DNA from: a virus
Lineage: Duplodnaviria; Caudoviricetes
DNA: 24,799 nt
Reading direction: 5' to 3' (one strand)
IMG/VR virus record: IMGVR_UViG_3300022922_000073
Coordinates: 1 to 24,799 of that record
How positions within the stretch are numbered: position 1 is the first letter of the stretch; every line of letters begins with the position of its first letter. The position numbers and the translations under genes were made by a program. Below, one piece after another: positions 1 to 8,259 of this stretch. The notes under the pieces are model-generated. The model ran no database searches and was not told the origin of the DNA. It saw only the letters and a list, made by a program, of their open reading frames with translations.

Positions 1-375
1 TAGCGTTGCATTTATTTCAGCTTCGACTTGAGCCACCGTCAGATCAACGATGTTATCTTTTAAATCTATAAACGGGCCATATTCGACGTTGTTGGTTATA
101 TAAACCTCACCCCTGCCGCTTATGTATCCAACCGCGTTTTGGGATTCTGGCCCGTAATAGTTTTTCTTTTGATTTGGAGCTTCGGATAGAACAGATTGAT
201 CGACCACTTCCTCGGTTATATTCCAAGACCCGCGCAGTCGCCCCGTGTCAACTCTCGTATTCGCCTTTGCCTTATCTAAAACATCAAAGCCAACGCGCCG
301 AACGGCTGTCTCAATATTCAATCCAGCTTGCTTTACAAATTCCGAAAGATCCAATTGAAAAGATTTTTCCTTCAT
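1..375 (-). CDS. HK97 gp10-like tail-completion/neck protein (runs off left edge of window)
   Basis: Not in the ORF track. Manual translation from ATG at 375 gives MKEKSFQLDL...TRVDTGRLRGSWNI...VYITNNVEYGPFID..., open to position 1. VDTGxLRxSW and NNVEY are typical of the gp10 family. Overlaps the stop of the upstream gene (ATGA). Confidence 0.8.
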   Translation of the reverse strand, partial: MKEKSFQLDLSEFVKQAGLNIETAVRRVGFDVLDKAKANTRVDTGRLRGSWNITEEVVDQSVLSEAPNQKKNYYGPESQNAVGYISGRGEVYITNNVEYGPFIDLKDNIVDLTVAQVEAEINATL

Positions 376-779
376 AGTGCCACCGCCACATCATAAGTCG
401 CCACAAGATCCCCAGAAAAGTTTGGTGTGACCGCCGTTACGTTGTACTTCTTTGCATTGAACTCGATCTCATATCCGACCTCTGGCGCAAAATCTTCACC
501 CGCTCTTGCCATGATCAGAACAAAGCTTGCCTTGTCATATGAGGCTTGTGCAGAAGTTGGTTGCCCCGCAGATGCGAAAGTGTCGGTTGTGCCGCCAGCC
601 TTTGTTTTTGCGCTTGATACAATTGCCTTGCGAGTTTGCTCTTGTTGCGACTTCGACAAAACGCCTGTGGTGGGATTATAGCTCGACACCTCACCGCCTC
701 GCATGATGACGGTTGTGCCGAACTGATTAATCATTTGTGCCGCCACTGGGCCGAGGGCGTTGTCGAGAGCCGTTGCCAT
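372..779 (-). CDS. Putative head-closure / head-tail joining protein
   Basis: 135 aa, beta-rich; FGTTV...SYNPTTG pattern; lies between adaptor and gp10-like genes; GAGG RBS upstream. Confidence 0.6.
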   Translation of the reverse strand: MATALDNALGPVAAQMINQFGTTVIMRGGEVSSYNPTTGVLSKSQQEQTRKAIVSSAKTKAGGTTDTFASAGQPTSAQASYDKASFVLIMARAGEDFAPEVGYEIEFNAKKYNVTAVTPNFSGDLVATYDVAVAL

Positions 780-805
780 ATTACACCTCGTGAGTGATTT
801 GCGGG

Positions 806-827
806 ATTATATTACATTTCGTAATAA
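806..827 (-). promoter_or_regulatory. ATTACA-N3-(T/C)GTAAT palindrome with adjacent minus-strand TATAAT (putative late promoter)
   Basis: attacatttcgtaat at 811-825; TATAAT on the minus strand at 806-811; intergenic. Confidence 0.55.
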
Positions 828-838
828 ATGTCTCCATG

Positions 839-2590
839 CTAATTCACATCTCCCTCATATCTACTCGTCCACATGGTTAAGGAATATTTCACACCCGATT
901 TTAACTCATCAACATGGTGACCGTGAGTGACTTGTGAGGGAAATAAAATGCAGTCACCAATCGAAACGTATTCGTTGTCAAAAGTTTGACGCGGGAAGAT
1001 CAGAGTTGCCCCCTCATAATCATCGTTCAGCTTTACTGATCCTGTCACATGGCTTGCATCGCAATGCAGCGCCAGTGTCTTTTGCGTGTCCACCGAATAG
1101 CGCATTGAGAACGCATCCCGCAGCCCGTAGTGCTTCATTGGCGTCCAGTATTTCTCACTTATCACGCCGAGCTTTTCATTCCACAGGCGCTCATATTCGC
1201 CCCACAGGCCCAACTCTTTTAGCCTGATTTCATAGGCAGGGAATTTATCGTCAGGCAGTGGTGACCAGCCGCCATGCGCCTCAGACTTGTCGATGATGTA
1301 TCGGCACTGACTTTCCGTCAGAAACTTCGTGACCAAAATATCGTTTGCCACAACCTCAAAGTCTAAATCCATATAATATGGACTTTCGACCTGTTGCGCT
1401 TCCTCAACGTAGCCAAACGTCTTTGCTAAATTTACAAACCTAGCCTTGGCTTCGTCGCCACCGTTCCCGTGATATATGCAGGGGCAGCACATACCGTTTA
1501 AAATTTGACCATCTTGAACAGAAACCTCATCGTTGCATTGAAAAATGTAGCCCTCATAATCCAGCTTGATGCTCAAACCTGTTTGATTGACAAAGCGCTT
1601 TTGCATCCAAAGTTGATCATCTTGATCGCCCATAACGATCTCGTTGAAAAATTCTCTTAAAGCTTTGACGTTTCCCATATAAACGCCGCTGTTCAAATAT
1701 TTATACGGCGTAGGCGTCATGGGAAACATAGGGGCCATCTTTGGATCAGGCCAGCAGTCCTTTTCAGCCGCAAAAAGTATATCACAATCAAATCCCTCGA
1801 AGCGCTCAACTATCGTTAGCAGATCATCGCAAAACAAAACGTCATAGCCATCGACGAAAAGAACCGTGTCATTGTCTGGAAGCGTGAGAAGGTGATTGCG
1901 TGTTAAATTTATTTTTTGACCGCCGCCGTGCGCTTCCATTGAGCCGCCTGTCCACTCAACCCCCTGTCCTAAATTTGAATACGTTATGCCGTGACGATTT
2001 GCTGATTGCTCAAGCGCCCACATTCTCTCTTGGTCTGTGCCTACTGTTAAAACGTGATTTTGCATTGGTGCTGCCTCTATTGTGCTGGGTCTTATTGATC
2101 GTGGGATTTGCTTGACCCGCTCTGGTTCAAAGAAGTAGTTTTCTTTTTTTTGCATTAAGAGCGTTAGTGGAACCCACTCATCCACTGGGATAATGTTTTC
2201 TGAAAATCCATTGATTAACAGTCGCGCCGTTGTCGGTGTAAGAGCATAGGCGTGGCAGTTATACCAGTAACCCAGAGTGTTTTTTCTGTAGCCTAGCCAA
2301 GCGCTGTCATGATGTTTTAAAACCGCGTCAACATTTGTGACATCGATGCTTTCAAAGATCGCATCTTCCTCTAGGATTATGCCGTTCAGCCCAGAGTTGG
2401 CTATCTTTCTCCAAACGCGCAAATGGCTCACAGCGCATCCGAACTCTGTTTCGAGCATATGTCTGTCGAGTATGGGGTCTTTCCACTCTGTGTCGGGCTT
2501 ACAGCCGCTCTCAGCCTCTAGCTCAACCCAGTCTTTGCCCCTTGCGTCAAAGGCATCGCCGTGCAGAGAGATTTGATATATTATTGCCAC
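839..2590 (-). CDS. Three-domain collagen-modifying-like enzyme: GT25 glycosyltransferase + PLOD-type GT-A glycosyltransferase + 2OG-Fe(II) lysyl-hydroxylase-like domain
   Basis: GT25: EFGCAVSHLRVWRKI...IILEEDA...CHAYALT...PVDEW. PLOD GT: GGGQKIN...LFVDGYDV...FAAEKDCWPD...YLNSGVYMG...DDQLW...IFQ...HGNG. Hydroxylase: RYSVDTQKTLALHCDAS...LNDDYEG...FPSQVTHGH...GVKYSL (HxD...H iron triad). Confidence 0.85.
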   Translation of the reverse strand: MAIIYQISLHGDAFDARGKDWVELEAESGCKPDTEWKDPILDRHMLETEFGCAVSHLRVWRKIANSGLNGIILEEDAIFESIDVTNVDAVLKHHDSAWLGYRKNTLGYWYNCHAYALTPTTARLLINGFSENIIPVDEWVPLTLLMQKKENYFFEPERVKQIPRSIRPSTIEAAPMQNHVLTVGTDQERMWALEQSANRHGITYSNLGQGVEWTGGSMEAHGGGQKINLTRNHLLTLPDNDTVLFVDGYDVLFCDDLLTIVERFEGFDCDILFAAEKDCWPDPKMAPMFPMTPTPYKYLNSGVYMGNVKALREFFNEIVMGDQDDQLWMQKRFVNQTGLSIKLDYEGYIFQCNDEVSVQDGQILNGMCCPCIYHGNGGDEAKARFVNLAKTFGYVEEAQQVESPYYMDLDFEVVANDILVTKFLTESQCRYIIDKSEAHGGWSPLPDDKFPAYEIRLKELGLWGEYERLWNEKLGVISEKYWTPMKHYGLRDAFSMRYSVDTQKTLALHCDASHVTGSVKLNDDYEGATLIFPRQTFDNEYVSIGDCILFPSQVTHGHHVDELKSGVKYSLTMWTSRYEGDVN

Positions 2591-3123
2591 CTTGGCCCCT
2601 CAAACCAAGCAACAAGGCTTTTTCTTGTGCCACTTGTGATAGGCAAAACTCTATGCCGCAAATAGCTTGGAAAAACTAAAACTGTTCCCTTGAGGCGAGA
2701 TGAGGCATCTGGGGTTTGGCATTCTGCAAACTCAAAGCCCCCGCCTTTATATTCGCTTGGATCTGAAAGTTGCACCGTAACGCTTAACTTTCTATCTCGC
2801 GCCTCGTTGCCATCCCAGTTTACATCTATGTGCCAGTCGTAATGACCACCCTTATTTGCGTGATATTCTGTAAATTGGATGTCGCATATATTTTCTACTT
2901 TGCAACGAAAGGCGCTCTCATTTGCCGCCCTAACATATTTCCAGAGAATATCTTGAACCGAAATGTTGCCACTTAACCAAGCAACATCGCTTGATCTTAC
3001 GCTTGTGTCTGCGTCATTAAACGTTGTGGCTGACTGAGTGTTTAAGCTTGAAGCTTCATTAAAGATAATTGATAAATCTTCTTTAGACAACCCGCCAGAC
3101 CACATTTGCCAGTTTTGCCGCAT
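2581..3123 (-). CDS. 2OG-Fe(II) oxygenase (prolyl-hydroxylase/PKHD-like)
   Basis: YDWHID (HxD), RKLSVTVQLSDPSEYKGG, VFPSYLRHRV (distal His), GTRKSLVAW (2OG-binding Arg). Confidence 0.9.
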   Translation of the reverse strand: MRQNWQMWSGGLSKEDLSIIFNEASSLNTQSATTFNDADTSVRSSDVAWLSGNISVQDILWKYVRAANESAFRCKVENICDIQFTEYHANKGGHYDWHIDVNWDGNEARDRKLSVTVQLSDPSEYKGGGFEFAECQTPDASSRLKGTVLVFPSYLRHRVLPITSGTRKSLVAWFEGPRWQ

Positions 3124-3143
3124 GATCCACCTTTGCGAAAAAA

Positions 3144-3500
3144 TTATTCTATAATTATATTAGGAATAGGCTGTATTGCAGTTAACTCATCAGTTGTTGA
3201 TGCGGCATCTATAGATGGCAGTGCGGGGGCATCACGCAAAGCCTGTTTCTGTGCAATAATATTTGTGGTGTCTGCGCCAGTCTCCAAGGCTTTCATGTAA
3301 TCTGCATCAAGATTGGCTAACGGCTCAATCCTAGCCTGACGTATTTTATCACGCCAAACATCCTTAGCTCTTTCTATATTAACAGAAATTACGGCTGTTT
3401 CTTCGTTGACCTCCCAACTCTCACGAAACACCCTCTCGTCTGGAGCGGTAAAGCTATCAGAATTGTATGCTGTTGCGCCAATTTGAATTAATATACTCAT
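3144..3500 (-). CDS. Putative tail-fibre assembly chaperone
   Basis: KIRQARIEPLANLDADYMKALE...KQALRDAP resembles phage tail-fibre assembly chaperones. Start moved to ATG 3500 (ATGA overlap, GGGAG RBS). Confidence 0.6.
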   Translation of the reverse strand: MSILIQIGATAYNSDSFTAPDERVFRESWEVNEETAVISVNIERAKDVWRDKIRQARIEPLANLDADYMKALETGADTTNIIAQKQALRDAPALPSIDAASTTDELTAIQPIPNIIIE

Positions 3501-3889
3501 GTTACCATCTCCCAAGCATTGCGAAATTGTCTGTCGGTTAAGACTTTCTCCGTATTAACAATTTTAAACATTGGACGGTTATGCTTCTCTGACCAGCACT
3601 TGCGAGGCAAGTCTTTCATGCACAAATATTCCATAGCTTCTTCTTCCGTTAGAGGGCCAATGCGTGGTGCAGTCCATTGCAAAGCGTGTTTATATGGATC
3701 GTGTTCAAATGTTTCCTGACGCCCTTCTTTTATAGCTTTCTGCTCATCGTCTTGAAGCTGCCAGAAAACCCATATAGGCGGCAGACCACCAGACATAGCC
3801 ATGTCTAACCAATTCTGAGAAGGAACAAGAACCTTGGTAGGCTCATCTAGAGCATCAGGATCATCAAATAAAACACTATATTTTGTCAT
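3497..3889 (-). CDS. Fibre-associated hypothetical protein (resembles the N-terminal half of marine-phage fibre chaperones)
   Basis: 130 aa; LTEEEAMEYLCMKDLP...FKIV...TDRQFRNAWE; directly downstream of the collagen fibre gene. Confidence 0.6.
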   Translation of the reverse strand: MTKYSVLFDDPDALDEPTKVLVPSQNWLDMAMSGGLPPIWVFWQLQDDEQKAIKEGRQETFEHDPYKHALQWTAPRIGPLTEEEAMEYLCMKDLPRKCWSEKHNRPMFKIVNTEKVLTDRQFRNAWEMVT

Positions 3890-3900
3890 TTTAACTTTTC

Positions 3901-5763
3901 TTAACGAAGAAGCTGGGCTGAATTGTATTTACTATCTTCATTACCAGTAGAACCTGAGTTTGCGGCTTTTGTAAGGAAACGAATGAAAGATGAAGTCCTT
4001 GCAGTGTTACTTACTTCAACTAAACATCTCACACTTCCATCGGACGAGCTATACACGCCGCCAAAATAACCAGAAAACACAAAATTTGCATTTGTTAAAG
4101 AGCTTGATAAATTTATACCAAAATGCCCTGTACCATAATCTGTAATTGAACTCACGTTTCCGTCATTTCGAATAGAAGTAGTGCCTTGAGCGTTCCAATT
4201 TACCCAAGCACCCTGTGCATATGCACCTGATCCACTAAACGATCCTGTCGGGCCTGTCGGGCCAGTTCCTCCACTTGGGCCAGTGCTGCCTGTGTTCCCA
4301 GTCTGACCTTTCTGCCCTTTCTGGCCCTTCTGACCAGTTGGGCCTGTGCCGCCTGTCGAGCCTGTTGGCCCCGTGCTTCCAGTAGAACCTGTGTTCCCAG
4401 TTTGGCCTTTCTGACCCTTCTGACCCTTCTGACCAGTTGGGCCAGTTCCCCCAGTTCCACCTTGAGCGCCGACTTCGCCTTTTTGTCCCTTTGCCCCGTT
4501 GGAACCGTTTGAGCCACTAGAACCAGTGGCCCCGACCTCACCTTTTTGGCCCTTTGAGCCGTTCGACCCATTCGACCCAGCCTCACCCTTTTGTCCTTTT
4601 TGACCAGTTCCACCAGTCCCGCCTTGAGCGCCAACCTCGCCCTTTTGCCCTTTTTGCCCAGTTGACCCACCAGAACCTTGAGCGCCAACCTCGCCTTTCT
4701 GACCTTTTTGACCAGTCGGGCCAGTTGAACCAGTCCCACCTTGAGGCCCAGTTGGGCCAGTACCGCCAGCGCTTCCAGTCGGGCCAGTTGCACCAACTTC
4801 GCCTTTTTGGCCCTTTTGACCAGTGGAACCCGCGCTGCCTTGCGATCCCGTTGGGCCTGTGGAGCCAGTCGGGCCAGTTGAGCCTGTGCTTCCAACCTCA
4901 CCTTTTTGACCCTTTTGGCCCTGATCACCAGTTCTAGCAAATGTGACGATCAGTTCTTCGTTGTTGCTAAATGAAGTTGCAGATCCGTCTATGTAGGCAA
5001 CCGTTAATCTGAAATATCCGCTATTCTCTGCGACCGCTGAAATTGAATAAATTGCGAAGTCATCAGCATCGCCAACATTTGAAATCCTAACATGGCCCTT
5101 AATCGTAGATGTGCTGTCATCAATCGTTCTTAAATAGCTCTGAATATCAACCGCAGTTCCATCTGAATTGGCCTGATCATCAATGTTTATTCGCGTTGTG
5201 CTGGCTGGATTTGAATTGTTGAGAGTTATTTTGCCAGAAGTCGGGTCAATGTCGCTTGTCGAGTTGTTGAACGTATATCCAAACGTAGCGCCACCAAAAT
5301 TGCCTCGCTCACCTTGTGGCCCTGTTGGCCCTGTCGAACCAGCACTTCCAGTGCTTCCTGTTGGGCCTGTCGAACCAGTATTTCCGACTTCACCCTTTTG
5401 GCCCTTTTGACCCGTTGCACCAGCCGATCCATCACCACCTGTGGCTCCGACTTCACCTTTTTGGCCCTTTTGACCCTGCGGCCCTGTTGGGCCTGTCGAA
5501 CCCGTTGGCCCTGTTGAACCGCTTGAGCCAGCGCTGCCCGTGGCCCCAACCTCACCTTTTTGACCCTTCGCGCCCTGAGAGCCAGTGCTGCCAACCTCAC
5601 CCTTTTGGCCCTTGTCACCTTGCACCGTATTGATCGAATTGTCAGTATGCTTGACATAAAGCTTGCCATCAGCCGTGTTGATCGCAACCTCACCAACTTC
5701 AAGGTCACTGGCAGAGGGAACCTGCCCAGATGTCGTATTTCGCTTGAGCTTGATCGTGGTCAT
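3901..5763 (-). CDS. Collagen-like phage fibre protein
   Basis: N-terminal IKLKR...[13 protein letters not shown] anchor motif; two Gly-X-Y runs (about 36 and about 77 triplets) separated by a globular domain; C-terminal AWVNW...[12 protein letters not shown] fibre-tip domain. Confidence 0.9.
   Translation of the reverse strand: MTTIKLKRNTTSGQVPSASDLEVGEVAINTADGKLYVKHTDNSINTVQGDKGQKGEVGSTGSQGAKGQKGEVGATGSAGSSGSTGPTGSTGPTGPQGQKGQKGEVGATGGDGSAGATGQKGQKGEVGNTGSTGPTGSTGSAGSTGPTGPQGERGNFGGATFGYTFNNSTSDIDPTSGKITLNNSNPASTTRINIDDQANSDGTAVDIQSYLRTIDDSTSTIKGHVRISNVGDADDFAIYSISAVAENSGYFRLTVAYIDGSATSFSNNEELIVTFARTGDQGQKGQKGEVGSTGSTGPTGSTGPTGSQGSAGSTGQKGQKGEVGATGPTGSAGGTGPTGPQGGTGSTGPTGQKGQKGEVGAQGSGGSTGQKGQKGEVGAQGGTGGTGQKGQKGEAGSNGSNGSKGQKGEVGATGSSGSNGSNGAKGQKGEVGAQGGTGGTGPTGQKGQKGQKGQTGNTGSTGSTGPTGSTGGTGPTGQKGQKGQKGQTGNTGSTGPSGGTGPTGPTGSFSGSGAYAQGAWVNWNAQGTTSIRNDGNVSSITDYGTGHFGINLSSSLTNANFVFSGYFGGVYSSSDGSVRCLVEVSNTARTSSFIRFLTKAANSGSTGNEDSKYNSAQLLR
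4240..4929 (-). repeat. Collagen Gly-X-Y repeat block 2 (GQKGQKGEV / GSTGPT units)
   Basis: Uninterrupted GXY translation; repeated nucleotide units such as cctttttgaccc and gggccagttg. Confidence 0.9.
5290..5619 (-). repeat. Collagen Gly-X-Y repeat block 1
   Basis: GDKGQKGEV...GPQGERGNF in the translation. Confidence 0.9.
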
Positions 5764-5785
5764 TGGCGGGACTCCACTTTGTTAA

Positions 5786-7081
5786 TTAATAAGTTCCACC
5801 ATCAATCGCTGAGATCGAAACCGCTCCGCTGGAAACCCCGAAATTTGCGCTGGCAAACGATGCAACGCCCTTCACGCTGTTTGTGGCGTCAATACCCGCA
5901 AAAGTCGCTGTAGAGCCTTCTCCCGCGCTGTGAGACACGCTCAAGCCCGTTCCAGATGTTACCGCGACATCAGACATAAAGTTGCCCGTGGTATCTGTCC
6001 CAAGTGCCACGCTGTTTGCTTGAATTGTGGTTGAAATCGAAATGCCAGCCGTTCCATCAAAGTTCGCCGTTCCGACAACATCACCAGAAAGAGCAATCGC
6101 TCGCGCCGTGGCAAGTGCCGTAGCAGTCGCAGCATTCCCGCTTGTGTCTTGGTTTCCTGTGGTGTTGACACCAGCCAAATTAATATCTGCGCTGCCATTA
6201 AATGAAACGCCACCGATTGTTCGCGCTGTTTCTAGAATTGTCGCCTTGCTCGCAACACCTGTGAACGTGGCGTCTGAGCCATCTGACCCATTTTCAAGGA
6301 TCTTTGTCCCGTTGGTTGACTTAACGTCACCCGTCAGATCCCCAGTTGTGTTGCCCGTGTGCGTACCCTCGAAAGCGCTTGCCACAAGAGTTGCAGCGCC
6401 ATAGGACGCATGAGCCGTGTTCACAGTGGTTGTTGGCTCTGAGGTTAGCCCAGTATAGAACTTGAACTTACCGCTGTCTGAGGCATCTCTAAACCAGCCA
6501 GAGTATGCAGTCGCGTTGGTTCCGCTTGGGTCTGAGTTGTAATTACCATATGTGCCGAAATCCACCGCATCAGTTGTAACGCCGTTTGACCCGTCATTGT
6601 TATTCGTGCTTGCAAGTTCGAATTGCGGATCTGCGATCTGGACGGTTGTGCTGTCAACGGTTGTAGTGGTTCCCTCAACGTGCAAGTCGCCTGTGATAGT
6701 GGCGTTTGAGTTGATTTGAACTTTACCAGTTCCGTTTGGATCAAGGGTGATGTTCCCGTTTGTATCCTCGGATGTGATCGTGTTTCCATCGATCTTTAGG
6801 TTATCAACAAAAAGCTCGTTTATTTTTTTATTGCTATCGACCAGAAGGGCGCTGGAAGCCGTTAGAGTACCAGTGACATGATCCATCATATCTGTGAAAT
6901 ACTTGCCCCCAATAACGTCTAAGTTCGCAGCATTTCCAGAGGTTTCCGTACCCGTTCCAATATAAAGCCGATCACCGCCATTGTTTTGCGTTCCTGACAA
7001 ATATGAATAAGCAACCTCACCCTGACCAAGATTGGCTGGGCTTCCTGTGCTTGCGGATCTTTTTAACTTAATTGTAGACAT
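5786..7081 (-). CDS. Fibre shaft/adaptor protein
   Basis: 431 aa, Thr/Ser/Gly/Asn-rich; N-terminal IKLKRS...GEVAYS; fibre repeats ATILETARTIGGVSFNGSADI and ATALATARAIALSGDVVGTANFDG; ends IDGGTY. Confidence 0.75.
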   Translation of the reverse strand: MSTIKLKRSASTGSPANLGQGEVAYSYLSGTQNNGGDRLYIGTGTETSGNAANLDVIGGKYFTDMMDHVTGTLTASSALLVDSNKKINELFVDNLKIDGNTITSEDTNGNITLDPNGTGKVQINSNATITGDLHVEGTTTTVDSTTVQIADPQFELASTNNNDGSNGVTTDAVDFGTYGNYNSDPSGTNATAYSGWFRDASDSGKFKFYTGLTSEPTTTVNTAHASYGAATLVASAFEGTHTGNTTGDLTGDVKSTNGTKILENGSDGSDATFTGVASKATILETARTIGGVSFNGSADINLAGVNTTGNQDTSGNAATATALATARAIALSGDVVGTANFDGTAGISISTTIQANSVALGTDTTGNFMSDVAVTSGTGLSVSHSAGEGSTATFAGIDATNSVKGVASFASANFGVSSGAVSISAIDGGTY

Positions 7082-7308
7082 CAGAAGTTACCCCCGTTCA
7101 GAGTGATTTGTGTTGGAATTTCAGTGATCGTTTGGAAATTTGACCCGTCATAGGCGATCATCGCACCTGTGCTGAGATTAGTTGTTGGAACGCCTAGACC
7201 AGCTTGACCCTCTGGCCCTTGAATGCCCACATCAACAACTTGGATTTGACCACTTTCAACGACCACTGTGGCCTCGCTGCTTCCCCGAATTACTACCGTG
7301 TCGGTCAT
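7081..7308 (-). CDS. Small fibre-associated structural protein
   Basis: 75 aa; beta-rich N-terminus, short GIQGPEGQAG collagen stretch, ends LNGGNF; overlaps both neighbours. Confidence 0.65.
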   Translation of the reverse strand: MTDTVVIRGSSEATVVVESGQIQVVDVGIQGPEGQAGLGVPTTNLSTGAMIAYDGSNFQTITEIPTQITLNGGNF

Positions 7309-7676
7309 CCTGTCACCTCTGGCCTTACCGTGAATTTTCCTTGGATTAATCGCTGAACCTCAACGGGGCTTCTCCCGTCAATCGTGAACACCTCAAAGTC
7401 GTAGAAGTATTCGCCAGCAGTTAGAGCAGCCGTGTCAGCCGCCGAAATTAAAAGTTGAAACTGTCCACTGGTAGCTGGGTTTTTTCGAATAACTCGCCCG
7501 TTTGCCTGTGTTAATTGCAAGACCAAATCGGCCTCTTTCGTCTGCGCAAAACGAATATCCATTCGACCGTTGTAGTTTGTCACATCGTTTGCGGCTTCGT
7601 TCGCATCTTTCCATGTGAGCGTCACGCTGAACGTTGATCCCTGATCGCAAACCAAATTTGTCGGGGCAGCTACCAT
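7305..7676 (-). CDS. Ig-like fibre-anchoring (collar; BppU/LtfC-like) protein
   Basis: DQGSTFSVTLTW...RMDIR...GQFQLLISAADTAAL..GEYFYDFEV...RLIQGKFTVRPEVT pattern. Confidence 0.65.
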   Translation of the reverse strand: MVAAPTNLVCDQGSTFSVTLTWKDANEAANDVTNYNGRMDIRFAQTKEADLVLQLTQANGRVIRKNPATSGQFQLLISAADTAALTAGEYFYDFEVFTIDGRSPVEVQRLIQGKFTVRPEVTG

Positions 7677-7677
7677 A

Positions 7678-8214
7678 TTAAACCCTCATCAACTTTGCTG
7701 ATCCGCGATAGCGAATGGTTCCATATTGCGCGACCATGTGAACAACGCCGCGAGGGATGACCCCAGCGCGATCTTCTGCATCAACCTCAATCTGCAATGT
7801 TCCGAGTTGGATCTTTGAGAACCCAGCCGTTGCGGGATCAATCGTTCTGTCCTCAAGCGCCAGAAATCTTGCAAATTCAGAAGTGGCATTTTTAAGCCAT
7901 GTCGGGATCGTGTCTTGATCGACGGTGTAGCCATCGCTGTCAGACACTCCGCTTCTGGGCCAAGATAAAGCCTGACGTTCTGCGGTTGATAAATCTAAAT
8001 TATGGGATCTTTTGCTTTGTCCATACCAATCGATATGCTCATCAAGCAGTCTTGTCGCCATGATGATTGCGCGTTTCTTATCCTCAAGACCAACCGCCAA
8101 CCATGAAGTGGCATAGGGTCTTTCGTTGTTGAAGGTATTGCAATCCTCGACTGAAACATAAGCATTCGCGTTGTGAAGGCCCGTTCCATTTTCAACTGTC
8201 AGCACTATAGCCAT
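7678..8214 (-). CDS. Head-tail adaptor (DnaT-like phage family)
   Basis: LTVENGTGLHNANAYVSV...AIIMATRLLD...QALSWPR...IPTWLKNATSEFA; lies just downstream of the capsid gene. Confidence 0.75.
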   Translation of the reverse strand: MAIVLTVENGTGLHNANAYVSVEDCNTFNNERPYATSWLAVGLEDKKRAIIMATRLLDEHIDWYGQSKRSHNLDLSTAERQALSWPRSGVSDSDGYTVDQDTIPTWLKNATSEFARFLALEDRTIDPATAGFSKIQLGTLQIEVDAEDRAGVIPRGVVHMVAQYGTIRYRGSAKLMRV

Positions 8215-8239
8215 TTAAATATCTCTCAGACGCGCTCAG

Positions 8240-8259
8240 AAGCCCCGTGAGTGGGGCTT
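8240..8259. terminator. Stem-loop AAGCCCC-GTGAGT-GGGGCTT
   Basis: Perfect 7-bp stem at a gene end; the T-rich tail is on the plus strand only, so function on the minus-strand mRNA is uncertain. Confidence 0.35.

Noticed and set aside
4240-5619. Repeated DNA units resembling a CRISPR array or a DGR template/variable repeat
   Set aside because: Repeats are in-frame collagen codons with no unique spacers; no cas or reverse transcriptase gene in the window.
4200-5708. Long alternative-frame ORFs (246, 160, 127, 105 aa) over the collagen gene
   Set aside because: Shadow ORFs caused by the stop-poor 9-nt collagen periodicity; no RBS or independent protein features.
7678-8214. DnaT-like family label suggesting a replication protein
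   Set aside because: Position after the capsid gene fits a head-tail adaptor; no replication genes nearby.
786-8253. Shared 11-mer cc(t/c)cgtgagtg upstream of the head-closure (786-796) and adaptor (8243-8253) genes
   Set aside because: A similar string also occurs inside coding sequence at ~921-929; too short to distinguish from chance.
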